Positions 62,100-64,000 of a stretch of 64,000 bases of DNA are shown here, piece by piece. A program made the position numbers and the translations under genes. The stretch lies in assembly GCA_009103225.1 (NCBI GenBank), contig RHPI01000260.1, forward strand, positions 568,203 through 632,202, in the 5' to 3' direction. The notes beneath the pieces are model-generated. The model was not told the DNA's origin. It searched no databases and saw nothing but the letters and a program-made list of their open reading frames with translations. This DNA comes from Chlorokybus atmophyticus (Eukaryota > Plantae > Mesostigma and Chlorokybus algae). The stretch's first letter is position 1, and each line of letters begins with the position of its first letter.

Positions 62100-63708
62100 A
62101 TGGACCCTCTGGCCAGCGAGTTCCTTGTCGCGGAGATCTTCTCTCAGGTTGGCGGACGCGAGCTTGCTCGGTGCTCCTGCGTCTGCCGCGCCTGGCGTCA
62201 AGCGGCGCAGCAGGAGAGGCTTTGAAAGAAACTATGCGTGCAGCACTACCCTGTGGGTGAGGAGGTGTGTAGGCAGAGAAGTGTGTGATGATCAACCTGC
62301 TGGCAGTAGCGTTCACGGGCAGAAGCGTTCAACTCACCAAAAGAATGTGGTGAGTTCAAAGGCAATTGCTTTGCGGTAGGAGTATGGCTTGTCGTGCTTT
62401 TGCTTCAGTCACAGTGTCCACGTTGCCGGCAATGCTGCATGACTCACAAGCTGCTTAGCGTAAGTAACATGGGCCGCATGCTTGCTTTGCTCGAATTCAA
62501 GTAGCATGTGACGCATGCGAGCTGTTCCGCACCATGACATCAAACGTGCAGATCCTGCTTGTAAGCATGCTTGTGGGACACTGAAGCACAAGTACGTGCT
62601 TGTGCACACACAGTTGCGCTTGTGTGCATGCGTGTGCTGCCAGATAAACCGTTCCCACGCAGGCGTTGACGCGTGGACGTGCGCACGCGCACGCATACAC
62701 ACACAGAGCCAAGCCTCATCGAGTCATGGAAGAGGGGGTTTTGGTTGGCTGTTGCAGTTATGTTAGCACTTGCGTGTACTACGCACATAGCGTGTATGTG
62801 AGTGTGTGCGTGTAAGCGTGCGTGTCTACCATCCCAACAGCAAGGTGCTTGCAGCATGGTGCTTTCAGCGTCAACACTAATTGCCAACACTAACTCAACT
62901 TGGATTCAACATGCACTGTGCACAGTCTATCCTGCAAGCTAAACCGCAGTGTCTTTGAACGTCTTCATGTCAACCCCTCTTTATACCTACTTGACCAGCT
63001 CAGAATGTTTGTCTCTCAGGTGCATAAGAAGGTAGGCACTGGATACCAGCGGTTGTATGCATAGTTTCAGAACAGACGCATGACGCGCATTGACAACCGC
63101 GAAACTGATGTAGAGGGCTATCTGTACACCATCACTGTGGTGGTGGATGGAAAAATGCGTACTGCAATACAGCTGAACAGGCAAGCCAGAAGACACATCA
63201 TTCATGTTGGTCAAAATGTGTCCAAGTATACATATATCAATGTATATATCAATGATGTGTCTGTCGGCTGTTATGCAGCTAGGATCACTGGCCATGTCCT
63301 TTGAGGATTGCCGCCTAACGTTGGAGGAGCCAAGCCACCTCCATGACCACGTTGCTGACCATGTCGATGTTGTGGTGCACATTGTGCGGCGCAGAGCCGG
63401 CAAGATGGCATGCTTGTTCAATACTAACAGAGCAGATGTTGACCGCCGCAAACTTGAATATTAGCTAACTGATGAGAGCGACAATGGTGAAGCAATCAAT
63501 GGTCACAGTTTGTGGGCCTGATGCGCAGTTTGGATAGCGCGCTGTTGTGTACTGTGCGGTGGATTTCTTTCTGAAACCTAGCGAAAGCGAGTTGGAGAAA
63601 CATCTTGCTCGGTTGAAAGTTTGCTTTTCAGACGATCAAGACGCTGCCGAGTTCTCCCCACAGCAACTCGATATATTATTGGCCAGCAATCTCATCACCT
63701 GGTGTTGA
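62100..63708 (+). pseudogene. F-box protein pseudogene, copy B
   Basis: ELARCSCVCRAWRQAAQQERL* (TGG to TGA), with further stops downstream. Homologous to 17539-19135. Confidence 0.75.
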
Positions 63709-64000
63709 TTGTCGCCTATGCATAGTCTGCTTTTCACACAACAGGCTGCGGCATGCCATCTTGCGTGTGACGTTTTACCACCAGCACAGAGGCGTACGCG
63801 GCGTTAGAGTAGATAGAACCGCCACTGGTGTGCTGTGCTGGTGTATGTGACTGGTATGTGTGCGCGAAGTGCAGGGAGCGACTAGGGCAGTAAGCGACTG
63901 CCGGACATGGTGGTATAGTAGTTTCTCTGATAAGGCAAGTCACAATGTTACATAGTTTCAGAACAAGTCGCGACATTGTTCTGTGCAGTAACGACTGATG

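Larger units (their letters stand above)
43980..64000. repeat. Segmental duplication unit 2 (PIGN/STPG fragments, K2, CSP41b, Ddl, TMPK and F-box pseudogenes); runs past the window end
   Basis: Colinear with 21790-31151 and with 3925-19135. The last ~100 bp match 43737-43840. Confidence 0.88.

Noticed and set aside
43980-64000. Duplication as an uncollapsed allelic haplotype
   Set aside because: Three CSP41b copies, many substitutions and copy-specific frameshifts and deletions exceed what allelic assembly error would plausibly give.

Overview
Eukaryotic nuclear DNA from a green alga (Viridiplantae). This is inferred from short spliceosomal introns, plastid-targeted CSP41b and plant-type D-Ala-D-Ala ligase; the species cannot be determined. 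All identities come from motif recognition by eye, with no database searches. The window is a decaying tandem segmental duplication. One copy of the block CSP41b(-)/Ddl(-)/TMPK(+)/F-box(+) lies at 4.4-19.1 kb, with the first three genes apparently intact. Two sister units of about 20-22 kb follow (about 21.8-44.0 kb and 44.0-64+ kb). They carry pseudogenised copies, a mosaic of host-gene fragments (PIGN, STPG2-like, importin-like) and a Crinkler/CR-like nuclease-kinase gene. There are three full CR-like genes plus one remnant; they share a PD-(D/E)xK nuclease + kinase C-terminus but have different, exon-duplicated N-terminal headers. The most striking feature is an ~11 kb unique insert (31152 to ~42310) that truncates one CSP41b copy. 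It encodes a broken Plavaka-type transposase and an intact spliced gene fusing a Cys-rich region and a Tudor domain to a phage/actinobacterial-type C5 DNA methyltransferase. It also encodes an OTU protease probably fused to a RING finger, and a small acidic protein. This looks like a transposon carrying its own chromatin reading/writing kit. A 773-N gap lies at 32775-33547. No RNA genes or CRISPR arrays were seen.
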